Below, one piece after another: positions 9,402 through 19,326 of a DNA stretch of 30,826 bases. The stretch is from Candidatus Hydromicrobium americanum. Its GTDB lineage: Bacteria; Actinomycetota; Humimicrobiia; Humimicrobiales; Humimicrobiaceae. The notes under the pieces were generated by a model. The model was not told the origin of the DNA. It saw only the letters and a program-made list of their open reading frames with translations, and ran no database searches. Each line of letters starts with the position of its first letter. The first letter of the stretch is position 1. A program made the translations under genes and the position numbers. Where the stretch lies: NCBI GenBank assembly GCA_002779205.1, contig PEXF01000124.1, positions 1-30,826 of the forward strand, written 5' to 3'.

Positions 9402-9860
9402 TCAAGTCTGCTCCGGTGTTTTAAGCATCTTTAGACCACTAATAGTTGCGTTAACTATATTTAAAGCATTGGCACTTCCTAATGATTTTGTAAGAATATC
9501 CTTTACACCAGCCAATTCCATTATTATTCTTACCGGTCCACCGGCAATTACTCCTTTACCGTGAGAAGCCGGCTTCATAAAGACATGACCTGCGCCAAAC
9601 CAGCCATCAATTGGATGAGGTATGGTTCCATCAGTCAAAGGCACTTTAAACATATTTTTCTTTGCATTATTAATGCCTTTTTGTATTGCGGTTGAAACCT
9701 CGTTAGCTTTACCAAAACCAATACCAACCATACCATTCATATTACCAACTGCTACCAGAGCACTAAAGCTAAATCTTCTACCGCCCTTAACCACTTTCGC
9801 TACTCTATTTATTTTTATAACCTTTTCACTTAACTCTGTATCTTTAGAAAGATCAGCCAC
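9402..9860 (-). CDS. rpsE: 30S ribosomal protein S5 (C-terminus shortened)
   Basis: [40 protein letters not shown] start with AAGGAGG SD. Ends at PEQT-TGA. Confidence 0.98.
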   Translation of the reverse strand: MADLSKDTELSEKVIKINRVAKVVKGGRRFSFSALVAVGNMNGMVGIGFGKANEVSTAIQKGINNAKKNMFKVPLTDGTIPHPIDGWFGAGHVFMKPASHGKGVIAGGPVRIIMELAGVKDILTKSLGSANALNIVNATISGLKMLKTPEQT

Positions 9861-9884
9861 TAAATATCCTCCTTAAAAATAGGG

Positions 9885-10247
9885 TTAAAATTTCAATCCG
9901 CCTTTTCTTGCACCTTCAGCCAGGGCTTTTACTCTGCCATGATACCTGTAACCACTTCTATCAAAAACTATTTCATTTATACTTTTCTTCTTTCCCATCT
10001 TAGCCAGGGCTTCTCCAGTCCTAAAGCTTATATCTATTTTCCCTTTATCTCCATCTTTGCTTTCAATTTTCTTGCTTGATATACCAACCAGTACAGTGCC
10101 GGTGCTATCATCTATTATCTGACCGTAAATATATTTATTGCTCCGGTAAACAGAGAGTCTCATACGATTGCTGCTTCTTTTAATTTTAAACCTACTCCTT
10201 ATTTTTCTTCTTAAACTTTTATCCCTTTTTTCAGTTTTACTCTTCAT
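9885..10247 (-). CDS. rplR: 50S ribosomal protein L18
   Basis: RLSVYRSNKYIYGQIIDD, FDRSGYRYHGRVKALAEGARKGGLKF. Start moved to ATG 10247, which follows AGGAG. Confidence 0.98.
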   Translation of the reverse strand: MKSKTEKRDKSLRRKIRSRFKIKRSSNRMRLSVYRSNKYIYGQIIDDSTGTVLVGISSKKIESKDGDKGKIDISFRTGEALAKMGKKKSINEIVFDRSGYRYHGRVKALAEGARKGGLKF

Positions 10248-10266
10248 AAAATCTCCTATAAGAAAT

Positions 10267-10818
10267 TTAAGAACCGCTAGTAATAGCTGTTTTACCAACT
10301 TTTCTTCTTATAATTTCATCACTATATTTTATGCCTTTACCCTTATAAGGTTCCGGTTCCCTTATGCTCCTGATCTTAGCAGCCATTTCTCCAACTACCT
10401 GTTTATCTATTCCTTTAACCACAATTGTAGTATTATCCGGGACATCAAATGATATCCCTTGAAGAGGATTGACTATTACCGGATTTGAATATCCTGCCAA
10501 TATTTCCAGATCATTTCCTTTCTTACTGGCTCTAAAACCCACACCGGCTATTATTAAGGTTTTGCTAAAACCGCTGCTTACACCTATAACCATATTATTT
10601 ATAAGGCTTCTATAAAGACCATGTTTAGCTCTATTCTCATTACTATTCGAAACTGGAATAACAGTTAACCTACTGTCTTCCATACTTAATTTAACAGAAG
10701 TGTTGTCAAACTTTTGAGAAAGTTCTCCTAATTTTCCCTTTACACTAATATTGTCCTTATCTATTTTGATCTCTACTTCTTCCGGTACATCAATAGGTTT
10801 CCTTCCTATTCTTGACAC
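10267..10818 (-). CDS. rplF: 50S ribosomal protein L6
   Basis: MSRIGRKPI, HGLYRSLINNMVIGVS, REPEPYKGKGIKY. GTG start. Confidence 0.99.
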   Translation of the reverse strand: MSRIGRKPIDVPEEVEIKIDKDNISVKGKLGELSQKFDNTSVKLSMEDSRLTVIPVSNSNENRAKHGLYRSLINNMVIGVSSGFSKTLIIAGVGFRASKKGNDLEILAGYSNPVIVNPLQGISFDVPDNTTIVVKGIDKQVVGEMAAKIRSIREPEPYKGKGIKYSDEIIRRKVGKTAITSGS

Positions 10819-10993
10819 TTTAAACTCACCTTTCTAACTATTTTCCAGTTAATAAATCAAATAAATTTTATTAATAATTTCTCCCATAAAGAAATAATAT
10901 TTATTAGGATTAAAGCTAAGTGAAGGTACCCACTTGTCAGTAAGATCACATCTACCCTATCATGTCTTTCTGGGTATTTATGCTTATAAATCC

Positions 10994-11398
10994 CTACCAT
11001 ATAGAACATATTACTTCCCCGCCAACTCCTAGTTTTTTGGCTCCTGTACCTGTAAGTACACCTTTTGACGTGGACAATATAACTGTTCCCAAACCACCAA
11101 GAACCCTGGGAATTTCATCCTTTTGCGCATAAACCCTGAGTCCTGGTTTGCTTATTCTTTTAAGCGCGGTTATAGTACTCTTTTTGTCTTTATTATATTT
11201 TAAGTATATTTTAATTAAGCCACCAGCGTTTTCATCTTTACGGATTTCATAACTTCTTATATAACCTTCTTCAGCCAATATCCTGGCTATTTCTGTTTTA
11301 AGTTTTGAATAAGGTATACTGACACTATCCATCTTAGCAATATAGCCATTCCTTATTCTGGTTAACATATCTGAAACAGGATCTGTAACTGCCGACAT
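10994..11398 (-). CDS. rpsH: 30S ribosomal protein S8
   Basis: [42 protein letters not shown]. Start moved to ATG 11398, which follows AAGGAGG. Confidence 0.99.
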   Translation of the reverse strand: MSAVTDPVSDMLTRIRNGYIAKMDSVSIPYSKLKTEIARILAEEGYIRSYEIRKDENAGGLIKIYLKYNKDKKSTITALKRISKPGLRVYAQKDEIPRVLGGLGTVILSTSKGVLTGTGAKKLGVGGEVICSIW

Positions 11399-11409
11399 AA
11401 ACCCTCCTT

Positions 11410-11595
11410 TTACCAACTGGACTTGGTTAGTCCAGGAATTTTTCCTTCATGAGCCATTTCTCTAAGACAAATTCTACATAATCCAAACTTTCTATAATAA
11501 CCTCTGGGTCTACCACACCTAAAACATCTGCTGTACTTTCTTGTTTTGTATTTAGGTTCTCTTCTTTGTTTTTCTATAAGTGATTTCTTTGCCAA
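11410..11595 (-). CDS. rpsN: 30S ribosomal protein S14, short zinc-binding type Z
   Basis: 61 aa with [23 protein letters not shown] and SSW end. TTG start. Confidence 0.99.
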   Translation of the reverse strand: MAKKSLIEKQRREPKYKTRKYSRCFRCGRPRGYYRKFGLCRICLREMAHEGKIPGLTKSSW

Positions 11596-11627
11596 TAAAT
11601 TGTCTCCTTTATAAAACTTGCGTTTTT

Positions 11628-12170
11628 TTATTTTTTAAATGGAAACCCAAACTCCTCCAGTAAAAATAATGCTTCATCATCATTTTCCGCACTGGTGGTA
11701 ATAGTAATATTCATACCTTTTACACTTAAAATACTGTCATACTCTACTTCCGGAAAAATTAACTGTTCTTTTATGCCAATAGTATAATTTCCAGAACCAT
11801 CAAAACTTTTTTTAGAAAGACCTCTAAAATCCCTAATTCTTGGAATTGCTATACTAAGCAGTCTATCCAAAAACTCATACATTCTCTTTCCCCTTAAAGT
11901 AACCATACAGCCTATCGGGTTTCCCTGTCTGAGCTTAAATCCCGCAACTGATTTTCTGGCTTTTGTTATAACAGGCTTCTGGCCTGCAATTTTAGCCAGA
12001 TCCTGGCTAGCAGACTCCAATTCTTTTATATTTTGAATCGCAGAGCCAATACCCATATTTACAGTGATTTTATTTATCCTGGGTACTTCCATTACATTAT
12101 TAAATTTACGATTTTTTAACATTTTAGGAATTATTTCTTTTTTATATTTTTCTTTTAACCTCGGCTCCAT
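11628..12170 (-). CDS. rplE: 50S ribosomal protein L5
   Basis: [46 protein letters not shown]. Start moved to ATG 12170, which follows GAGGTG. Confidence 0.99.
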   Translation of the reverse strand: MEPRLKEKYKKEIIPKMLKNRKFNNVMEVPRINKITVNMGIGSAIQNIKELESASQDLAKIAGQKPVITKARKSVAGFKLRQGNPIGCMVTLRGKRMYEFLDRLLSIAIPRIRDFRGLSKKSFDGSGNYTIGIKEQLIFPEVEYDSILSVKGMNITITTSAENDDEALFLLEEFGFPFKK

Positions 12171-12195
12171 CAATATCACCTCAAGCATTTATCCT

Positions 12196-12507
12196 TTAAA
12201 TCTGCTGATTACACTTCTTACATATTCTGACTTTCTCACCAGAATCCTTAACTTCAAAACCCACTCTTGCTGGCTTGCCGCAATTAGGGCAAATAAGTTT
12301 AACATTTGAAATTTTAATGGGTCCTTCCTTTTTAATAATACCACCAGGTTTGCTTTGATCCTTCTGCCTGACATGCTTATTTATAATATTAGTACCCTCA
12401 ACATATAATCTATTTGTAACGGACTCTATTCTAAGTACTTTTCCTGTTTTTCCTTTATCTTTTCCTTTTATTATCTCAACCTTATCATTTTTCTTTATTT
12501 TTAACAT
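12196..12507 (-). CDS. rplX: 50S ribosomal protein L24
   Basis: KOW motif GKDKGKTGKV, VEGTN, GGIIKKEGPI, SNV. Confidence 0.99.
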   Translation of the reverse strand: MLKIKKNDKVEIIKGKDKGKTGKVLRIESVTNRLYVEGTNIINKHVRQKDQSKPGGIIKKEGPIKISNVKLICPNCGKPARVGFEVKDSGEKVRICKKCNQQI

Positions 12508-12531
12508 TTTTAATGCTCCTGCTACAAATAA

Positions 12532-12900
12532 CTAAATTACCTCTGGTGAGAGTGAAATTATCTTCATAAAATTTTTATCTCTAAGTTCTCTTGCTACTGG
12601 ACCAAATATTCTGGTCCCTCTCGGGTTATTCTGTGTATCAATAATAACTGCCGCGTTATCATCAAACCTTATATACGATCCGTCGGGCCTCCTGAATGTT
12701 TTCTTTGATCTTACAAGTACAGCCTTTACTACATCGCTTTTCTTTACTACCCCTCCTGGATTTGCTACTTTTACTGCAGCAATAAAAGTATCTCCAACAC
12801 GCGCATACCTCTTTCTTGTTCCCCCTAAAACTTTAATGCATTTAATTTCCCTTGCACCGGTATTATCAGCTACTTTTACCTTACTCTCAGCTTGAATCAT
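12532..12900 (-). CDS. rplN: 50S ribosomal protein L14
   Basis: [39 protein letters not shown]. Start moved to ATG 12900 (122 aa). Confidence 0.99.
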   Translation of the reverse strand: MIQAESKVKVADNTGAREIKCIKVLGGTRKRYARVGDTFIAAVKVANPGGVVKKSDVVKAVLVRSKKTFRRPDGSYIRFDDNAAVIIDTQNNPRGTRIFGPVARELRDKNFMKIISLSPEVI

Positions 12901-12914
12901 TTTTAAATCCTTCT

Positions 12915-13169
12915 CTACTCCGCTTTCCTGATTACCTCGACCAGTCTCCACCTCTTAGTCTTACTAATAGGCCTTATTTCAGAAATCTTTACTACATCAC
13001 CCAGCTTACAACTGCCTTCAGGATCGTGTACCTTCAATTTCTTTATTTTCTTTAAAATCTTCTTGTATAAAGGGTGTTTATAATGAGATTCTACGGCAAC
13101 AACAACCGTCTTATCCATTTTGTCACTTACTACTGTTCCCACTCTTACTTTTACTTTTCCTCTTTCCAA
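12915..13169 (-). CDS. rpsQ: 30S ribosomal protein S17
   Basis: [43 protein letters not shown] at 13169 after GGGGG gives a normal-length S17. The ATG at 13214, overlapping the rpmC stop, is an alternative start adding 15 aa. Confidence 0.95.
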   Translation of the reverse strand: MERGKVKVRVGTVVSDKMDKTVVVAVESHYKHPLYKKILKKIKKLKVHDPEGSCKLGDVVKISEIRPISKTKRWRLVEVIRKAE

Positions 13170-13213
13170 AAAACCCCCTTTATTTTTCTCTGCTTTATTT
13201 CTTGCTTTCCTCA

Positions 13214-13414
13214 TTAATCTTTATACTTGAGCTCTTTCTCTCTAAGTAAAGTTTTTATTCTGGCAATATCTTTCCTTAAATTTCGTATCTTTACCGGATT
13301 TTCTAATTGCCCTGTAGCTTTTTGAAACTTCAAATTAAAAATACTCTTTTTTATATCCGCTAGTTTTGCTTCTAATTCTTCTTTTGTTTGTTCCTTTATC
13401 TCACTTATTCTCAT
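13214..13414 (-). CDS. rpmC: 50S ribosomal protein L29
   Basis: [30 protein letters not shown]. Canonical position between rplP and rpsQ. Confidence 0.98.
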   Translation of the reverse strand: MRISEIKEQTKEELEAKLADIKKSIFNLKFQKATGQLENPVKIRNLRKDIARIKTLLREKELKYKD

Positions 13415-13429
13415 TTCCCACCTGGTTTG

Positions 13430-13849
13430 TTATAGTTCTTCATAAACAAATTTTGTTTTTATAGACAATTTATTAGAAGCCAATCTAATTGCTTCCTTTG
13501 CAACTTCCATACTAACACCCGAAATTTCAAATAGGATTCTTCCAGGCTTAACCACAACTACCCAATTTTCCGGCGCACCTTTTCCTCCGCCCATACGGGT
13601 TTCAGCTGGTTTTTTGGTAACAGGTTTATGAGGAAAAACATTTATCCATACTTTTCCTCCCCTTTTTATATACCTGGTAAGAGCTACCCTTGCAGCTTCT
13701 ACCTGCCTGCTTGTTAACCAGCCAGATTCCAGCGCCTGCAGCCCATATTCGCCAAAAGAGAGCTTGGTACCACCTTTGGCAATACCTTTCATTCTTCCTC
13801 TTTGTACTTTTCTATATTTTACCCGTTTAGGCATTAACATTGCTGCCAT
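13430..13849 (-). CDS. rplP: 50S ribosomal protein L16
   Basis: [32 protein letters not shown]. The start may be the second Met. Confidence 0.99.
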   Translation of the reverse strand: MAAMLMPKRVKYRKVQRGRMKGIAKGGTKLSFGEYGLQALESGWLTSRQVEAARVALTRYIKRGGKVWINVFPHKPVTKKPAETRMGGGKGAPENWVVVVKPGRILFEISGVSMEVAKEAIRLASNKLSIKTKFVYEEL

Positions 13850-13858
13850 AAATATCTC

Positions 13859-14554
13859 CTAACTTGAAATTTTTTCTTTTTCCTTCTTCCTTTTATCCAA
13901 TTTTCTTTCCCTTCCCATCTCTTCCTTATCCAGTATGATATCTCCTAAGTATATCCAGACTTTAACTCCAATTTTACCAAAAGTCGTATTTGCTTCTGCA
14001 AATCCATAATCAATATTCGCTCTAAGAGTATGCAGCGGGACTCTCCCTTCTCTATACCATTCAGTCCTGGCCATCTCTGCTCCGCCCAATCTTCCCGCAC
14101 ATTGGACTCTTATACCTTTTGCTCCTGCTTTCATACATAATGAAATAGCTTTTTTCATAGCTTTTCTAAAGCTAACTCTTCCAACTAGTTGTGAGGCAAT
14201 ACCCTCAGCTACTAATTTTGCAATCAGTTCAGGCTTCTTAATTTCTATTATATTCAACTGTATAATACTCCCGGTTTTTTTCTCTATTAAATTCCTGATG
14301 TCATTAATATTCGCTCCTCTTCTACCTATAACTATACCCGGCTTAGAAGTATACATATCTACTTTCACTTCTTCTTCCGTTCTTTCAATCTCGATTTTTG
14401 AAACCCCGGCATTTCCTAGCTGATCCTCAATTATATTCCTTATAATGATATCTTCTCTGAGAAGCTTGGCATAGTCTTTTTCAGCAAACCACCTGGATTG
14501 CCACCCTTTATTAATTCCAATCCTAAGTCCAACAGGACTAACCTTCTGACCCAT
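13859..14554 (-). CDS. rpsC: 30S ribosomal protein S3
   Basis: [51 protein letters not shown]. Confidence 0.99.
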   Translation of the reverse strand: MGQKVSPVGLRIGINKGWQSRWFAEKDYAKLLREDIIIRNIIEDQLGNAGVSKIEIERTEEEVKVDMYTSKPGIVIGRRGANINDIRNLIEKKTGSIIQLNIIEIKKPELIAKLVAEGIASQLVGRVSFRKAMKKAISLCMKAGAKGIRVQCAGRLGGAEMARTEWYREGRVPLHTLRANIDYGFAEANTTFGKIGVKVWIYLGDIILDKEEMGRERKLDKRKKEKEKISS

Positions 14555-14557
14555 CTC

Positions 14558-14905
14558 CTAAGCCTCCTTCTCTTTACCATTAGATACGTAAACCGATAGA
14601 TGCGAAGTTCTCTTTCTAATTTTAGTAGCCCTGCCCCTGGCTCTTGGCCTGAACCTCTTTAAAGTTGGCCCTTCATTTACCAATATTCTAGAAATAAACA
14701 AATCTTCTTCTTTCATTTTGTGATTTTCAGTAGCGTTAGCTACGGCACTTTGTATAGCTTTCTTTACCACAGCTGCTGCTGCCCTGGGTGTTAAAGACAA
14801 TATATCTATAGCATCCTCTATTGACTTTGATTTTATCAAATCAACAACATATCTTATTTTTCTTGATGATATTCTTATGTACTTTTCAACAGCTTTGGTT
14901 TCCAA
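14558..14905 (-). CDS. rplV: 50S ribosomal protein L22
   Basis: RISSRKIR, SAVANA, GPTLKRFRPRARGRA, KRTSHL. TTG start. Confidence 0.99.
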   Translation of the reverse strand: METKAVEKYIRISSRKIRYVVDLIKSKSIEDAIDILSLTPRAAAAVVKKAIQSAVANATENHKMKEEDLFISRILVNEGPTLKRFRPRARGRATKIRKRTSHLSVYVSNGKEKEA

Positions 14906-14941
14906 AACTCATGCCTCACTCTTTAGACTACTGCGCTTTAC

Positions 14942-15235
14942 TTACTTCTTAACAGTAGCCACCCTTTCACTCTTTCCTTTATAAACATGTGGCCTTATAG
15001 ATCTTGACGGCGCAAATTCCCCTAACTTATGACCGACCATAGACTCCGATATGAATATAGGTACATGTCTTCTTCCATCATGAACAGCTATAGTGTGCCC
15101 AACCATTTCCGGGAATATAGTTGAACTTCTAGACCAGGTCTTTATGATTTTTTTCTCTCCTGATTCATTTAGCTTATTTATTCTTTTTAATAACTTTTCT
15201 TCAACAAAAGGACCTTTTTTTAAAGACCTTGACAT
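14942..15235 (-). CDS. rpsS: 30S ribosomal protein S19
   Basis: [41 protein letters not shown]. Start moved to ATG 15235. Confidence 0.99.
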   Translation of the reverse strand: MSRSLKKGPFVEEKLLKRINKLNESGEKKIIKTWSRSSTIFPEMVGHTIAVHDGRRHVPIFISESMVGHKLGEFAPSRSIRPHVYKGKSERVATVKK

Positions 15236-15269
15236 TCCAGTCATCCTCCAAATGTAAAGATTAAACTTA

Positions 15270-16100
15270 CTACTTGTTCCTTCTCCTGATTATATATTTA
15301 TCAGTTTCACTCTTTTTCTTTCTTGTCCTATAGCCCAGCGTGGGTTTCCCCCAGGGAGTACAAGGATTTCTTCCGGCACTTTTATTCTTTCCTTCTCCTC
15401 CACCATGAGGATGGTCAATAGGATTCATTGCCGTTCCTCGAACCGATGGTCTTATTCCCAGCCATCTTTTCCTTCCTGCCTTACCCAGTCGAATTATTTC
15501 ATGGGTTGTATTTCCAATCTGACCAATACAGGCTCTGCAATTCAACCCTACCAATCTAACTTCGCTTGAAGGAAGCTTTATATTGGCATATTTTCCCTCT
15601 TTTGCCAGAAGCTGAGCATATCCACCTGCTGATCTAGCTAATTCTGCCCCTTTTCCTTCCTTAAGCTCTATATTGTGAATTATCGTTCCAACCGGTATAT
15701 TTTTTAAGGGAAGAGCGTTACCCACTTTAATGTCAGCCTTTTCTCCTGACATTACAATATCTCCCACTTTTAACTTAAGGGGAGCAATTATATAGCTCCT
15801 TTCCCCATCCTTATAAATGACAAGAGCAATCCTGGCACTTCTGTTAGGATCGTATTCAATTGCTTCTACCTTAGCCGGAATACCGTCTTTTAATCTTTTA
15901 AAATCTATAATTCTATATAATCTTTTATGTCCACCACCGCTATGTCTCCTGGTAATCCTGCCATTAGCATTTCTACCGGCATCTCTTTTTAAAGATCTGG
16001 TGAGCGATTTCTCCGGTCTTTTTTTTGTTAAAACCGAAAAATCAGAAACTGTTGCAAGTCTTCTCCCAGGAGTCGTGGGCTTATATTTTTTAACAGCCAA
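15270..16100 (-). CDS. rplB: 50S ribosomal protein L2
   Basis: [57 protein letters not shown] start with GGAGGT SD. Confidence 0.99.
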   Translation of the reverse strand: MAVKKYKPTTPGRRLATVSDFSVLTKKRPEKSLTRSLKRDAGRNANGRITRRHSGGGHKRLYRIIDFKRLKDGIPAKVEAIEYDPNRSARIALVIYKDGERSYIIAPLKLKVGDIVMSGEKADIKVGNALPLKNIPVGTIIHNIELKEGKGAELARSAGGYAQLLAKEGKYANIKLPSSEVRLVGLNCRACIGQIGNTTHEIIRLGKAGRKRWLGIRPSVRGTAMNPIDHPHGGGEGKNKSAGRNPCTPWGKPTLGYRTRKKKSETDKYIIRRRNK

Positions 16101-16121
16101 CTTTTATACCTCCAAACTAAA

Positions 16122-16409
16122 TCAGACTGATTCAAAAAAATCAATTTTATCTTTTTTACCCAGAGTAACTACAGCTCTTTTTTTACGGGCGCTTGTACCT
16201 ACCGATCTTCCTAATCTCTTTGGCTTAGATTTAATATTCATAGTACTTATTTCCAAAACCTTAACCTTAAATATCTCTTCAATTGCTCTCTTTATCTCAC
16301 TTTTTTTTGCCCTAATATCGACAAAAAAAGAATATCTTTTATTCTGAACCGCAGCATAACTTTTTTCCGATACAACCGGCGAAAGAATTATATCTCTAGG
16401 ATCTTCCAT
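16122..16409 (-). CDS. rplW: 50S ribosomal protein L23
   Basis: PVVSEKS, EIKRAIEEIFKVKV, KKRAVVTL. 14-bp overlap with rplD. Confidence 0.99.
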   Translation of the reverse strand: MEDPRDIILSPVVSEKSYAAVQNKRYSFFVDIRAKKSEIKRAIEEIFKVKVLEISTMNIKSKPKRLGRSVGTSARKKRAVVTLGKKDKIDFFESV

Positions 16410-17034
16410 TGCCTAACCTCTCAATAAAATCATTCAGTGAGCTTTTGGTAAAAACCACATAATCTGCTGCAAGGATAATATAAGCATTTAGTCCCCTTGC
16501 GCTTTCTATCATAACATTGCCTATATTCTTGAAGGATTTTGCTTCACTGATATTTAAACTATCAAAAACCATAAGTACTTTACCCCTATCTAAATTAAGT
16601 TTCTTTAGTATTTCTGCTGCTTTTTTCGTTTCCGGATTTTTAAAACTTAATTTATCAATCACAATAATTTTTTTATTTTTAAGCTTTTCTGATAATGCTA
16701 TTAACTTTGCCTGCTTTATTACTTTTTTATTTAATTTAAAAGAATAATCTCTTGGCTTAGGCCCAAAAACCACTCCACCACCTCTCCATATTGGAGAACG
16801 GATGGAACCGGCCCTGGCATTTCCAGTACCTTTTTGCCTCCAGGGTTTTCTCCCGCCACCTCTTACTTCACCTCTATCTTTGGTCTTGTGTGTTCCAGAT
16901 CTCATAGAAGCAAGATACCTTCTTACCTCCTGATACATGATCTCAGAATTCACTTTCTGACTGACTATTTCATTGGATATATTTATTTTTTCCAATTCCT
17001 TGCCACTTGAGTCTACAACATTCAAGCTCACCAT
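16396..17034 (-). CDS. rplD: 50S ribosomal protein L4
   Basis: RSGTHKTKDRGEVRGGGRKPWRQKGTGNARAGSIRSPIWRGGG, FGPKPRDY. Confidence 0.99.
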   Translation of the reverse strand: MVSLNVVDSSGKELEKINISNEIVSQKVNSEIMYQEVRRYLASMRSGTHKTKDRGEVRGGGRKPWRQKGTGNARAGSIRSPIWRGGGVVFGPKPRDYSFKLNKKVIKQAKLIALSEKLKNKKIIVIDKLSFKNPETKKAAEILKKLNLDRGKVLMVFDSLNISEAKSFKNIGNVMIESARGLNAYIILAADYVVFTKSSLNDFIERLGNGRS

Positions 17035-17062
17035 TTCATTCTCCCAAAAACTTTATAATTTA

Positions 17063-17686
17063 CTAAACCTTCCTTAAAAAAACTAAACTGCCCCTAGCGC
17101 CCGGAACACTTCCTTTAACTAAAATTAAATTCTGGTCTTCAATTATATCGACTACCTCTGATCCAGAAATAGTAACTTTGCTGCCTCCCATTCTTCCAGG
17201 CATCTTCTTACCCTTTGCTATCCTTGAAGGAGTGGAACACATTCCTACCGAACCTGGTATTCTATGGGAATGAGAACCATGGCTCATTCTTCCCCTATGA
17301 AACCCATGTCTTTTTATTACTCCGGCAAATCCTTTACCTTTACTATTTCCGGTTATTTTGACTTTATCTCCTACCTTGAAAATTTTAACGTCCAGACTAT
17401 CTCCGGGCTTATACTCCCTGTCAAATTTATCTACTCTGATTTCCCTCAGGTACTTCTTCAAATTCACTTTATTCTTCACAAATTCACCCTCATGCGGCCT
17501 GGTTGCTTTCTTCTCTTTGATTTTACCAAAACCTACTTTCAGAGCATTATATCCATCTTTTTCATTATCCTTCACCTGAATAACTATACATGGCTCAGCT
17601 TCAATTGCCGTAACATACAATGCATTGCCATTTTCACTAAAAACTTGAGTACATCCAATCTTTTTTCCATATATCGCATTTACCAT
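17063..17686 (-). CDS. rplC: 50S ribosomal protein L3
   Basis: GKKIGCTQVF, SKGKGFAGVIKRH, SHGS, KGKKMPGRMG, VKGSVPG. Confidence 0.99.
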   Translation of the reverse strand: MVNAIYGKKIGCTQVFSENGNALYVTAIEAEPCIVIQVKDNEKDGYNALKVGFGKIKEKKATRPHEGEFVKNKVNLKKYLREIRVDKFDREYKPGDSLDVKIFKVGDKVKITGNSKGKGFAGVIKRHGFHRGRMSHGSHSHRIPGSVGMCSTPSRIAKGKKMPGRMGGSKVTISGSEVVDIIEDQNLILVKGSVPGARGSLVFLRKV

Positions 17687-17716
17687 CTTTGCATCACTTC
17701 CCGGAAAATATCTACA

Positions 17717-18037
17717 TTAAGACTTTATTTCTATACCCACGCCAGCCGGTAAACTTAGTCTCATTAGCAAGTCTACTGTTTTTGGAGTAGGATCAATAAT
17801 ATCTATAAGCCTTTTATGAGTTCTTATTTCAAAATGCTCCCTCGAATCTTTATTTACATGAGGAGATCTTATAACACAATATACATTTTTTTTATTCGGT
17901 AGTGGAATTGGGCCAGAAACTTTGGCGCCAGAACTCTCAACAGTCTCCACTATTTTTTTTGCCGAACGATCAATAACTTCATGATCATAAGCTTTTAATT
18001 TGATTCTAATTTTCTGACCTAATTTACCTGCCGCCAT
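17717..18037 (-). CDS. rpsJ: 30S ribosomal protein S10
   Basis: [41 protein letters not shown]. Confidence 0.99.
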   Translation of the reverse strand: MAAGKLGQKIRIKLKAYDHEVIDRSAKKIVETVESSGAKVSGPIPLPNKKNVYCVIRSPHVNKDSREHFEIRTHKRLIDIIDPTPKTVDLLMRLSLPAGVGIEIKS

Positions 18038-18069
18038 TACAATTTCCTCCTGCTTTTAATTACCTTTTT

Positions 18070-19278
18070 TTACTCAATTATCCTGGTAACACTGCCAGCT
18101 CCTATAGTCCTTCCACCTTCACGGATAGCAAACCTCTGCCCTTCTTCCATAGCTATGGGAGATATCAGTTTTATCTCCATTTCTGTGTTATCTCCAGGCA
18201 TTATCATCTCCACACCTTCTTGAAGGTTTACTACTCCTGTTACATCTGTAGTCCTGAAATAAAATTGAGGTCTGTACCCATTAAAGAAAGGAGTATGGCG
18301 TCCTCCCTCATCTTTGGACAGCACATAAACCTGAGCCATAAAATTAAAGTGAGGGGTAATAGAGGAGGGCTTGGCTACAACCTGTCCTCTTTCCACATCC
18401 TCTTTCTGTATTCCTCTAAGAAGAAGCCCTACATTATCTCCTGCCTGGGCATAATCTAGTAGTTTCCTGAACATCTCAACACCGGTTACCACTGTCTTTT
18501 GTATTTTGGGCCTTATTCCCACTACATCTACTGCATCCTGCAGTGCAATTTTTCCTCTTTCAACCCTACCGGTAACTACAGTTCCACGCCCGGTAATGGA
18601 AAATATGTCCTCTATGGGCATAAGGAATGGCTTGTCCACGTCCCTTACAGGTGTTTTTATATACTGGTCTACTTTTTCCATAAGCTCAAGCACTGGACTG
18701 CAGTCGGGGCAGGCGGCCTTATCTGTGCAACTGCATTTCATTGCCTTTAGCGCTGACCCCTTAACTACCGGTATTTCATCTCCCGGAAACTCATATTCGG
18801 TAAGAAGATCTCTTACTTCCATCTCTACAAGTTCTATTAACTCAGGATCATCTACCATATCTACTTTATTTAAAAATACCACAATGTAGGGTACCCCCAC
18901 CTGTCTTGCAAGAAGTATATGCTCTCTTGTCTGGGGCATTGGTCCATCTGCAGCAGATACAACAAGTATTGCCCCATCCATCTGGGCTGCACCGGTAATC
19001 ATGTTCTTTATATAGTCTGCATGGCCGGGACAGTCCACATGGGCATAGTGGCGGCTGGCGGTTTCATATTCCACGTGGGCAATGGCAATTGTTATACCTC
19101 TCTCTTTTTCTTCAGGGGCATTGTCAATGGAATCAAATGTCCTTTCCTCTACAGCCAGTCCTGTGCTTTTAAGACACCTTGTAATAGCTGAGGTAAGTGT
19201 TGTCTTACCATGATCCACATGGCCTATAGTCCCTATGTTTATATGAGGTTTGGTCCTTTCAAATTTTTTCTTAGCCAT
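18070..19278 (-). CDS. tuf: Elongation factor Tu
   Basis: [58 protein letters not shown]. Confidence 0.99.
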   Translation of the reverse strand: MAKKKFERTKPHINIGTIGHVDHGKTTLTSAITRCLKSTGLAVEERTFDSIDNAPEEKERGITIAIAHVEYETASRHYAHVDCPGHADYIKNMITGAAQMDGAILVVSAADGPMPQTREHILLARQVGVPYIVVFLNKVDMVDDPELIELVEMEVRDLLTEYEFPGDEIPVVKGSALKAMKCSCTDKAACPDCSPVLELMEKVDQYIKTPVRDVDKPFLMPIEDIFSITGRGTVVTGRVERGKIALQDAVDVVGIRPKIQKTVVTGVEMFRKLLDYAQAGDNVGLLLRGIQKEDVERGQVVAKPSSITPHFNFMAQVYVLSKDEGGRHTPFFNGYRPQFYFRTTDVTGVVNLQEGVEMIMPGDNTEMEIKLISPIAMEEGQRFAIREGGRTIGAGSVTRIIE

Positions 19279-19326
19279 AATATATCCTTTCTTTGTTTTG
19301 AAGTTAATTTAATTTATATTAATAAT

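Noticed and set aside
83-9404. TGA recoding (Sec, Gly or Trp) to explain the glmM and rpsE early stops
   Set aside because: Read-through of the glmM TGA hits TAG two codons later. Read-through of the rpsE TGA gives GYAEDRRTGS, not the S5 tail. adk, secY and truA end at TGA at normal C-termini.
12064-12374. ORF 12189-12374 (-) and 12064-12309 (+) near the rplX-rplE junction
   Set aside because: These are alternative-frame or antisense overlaps of rplX/rplE with no recognisable product.
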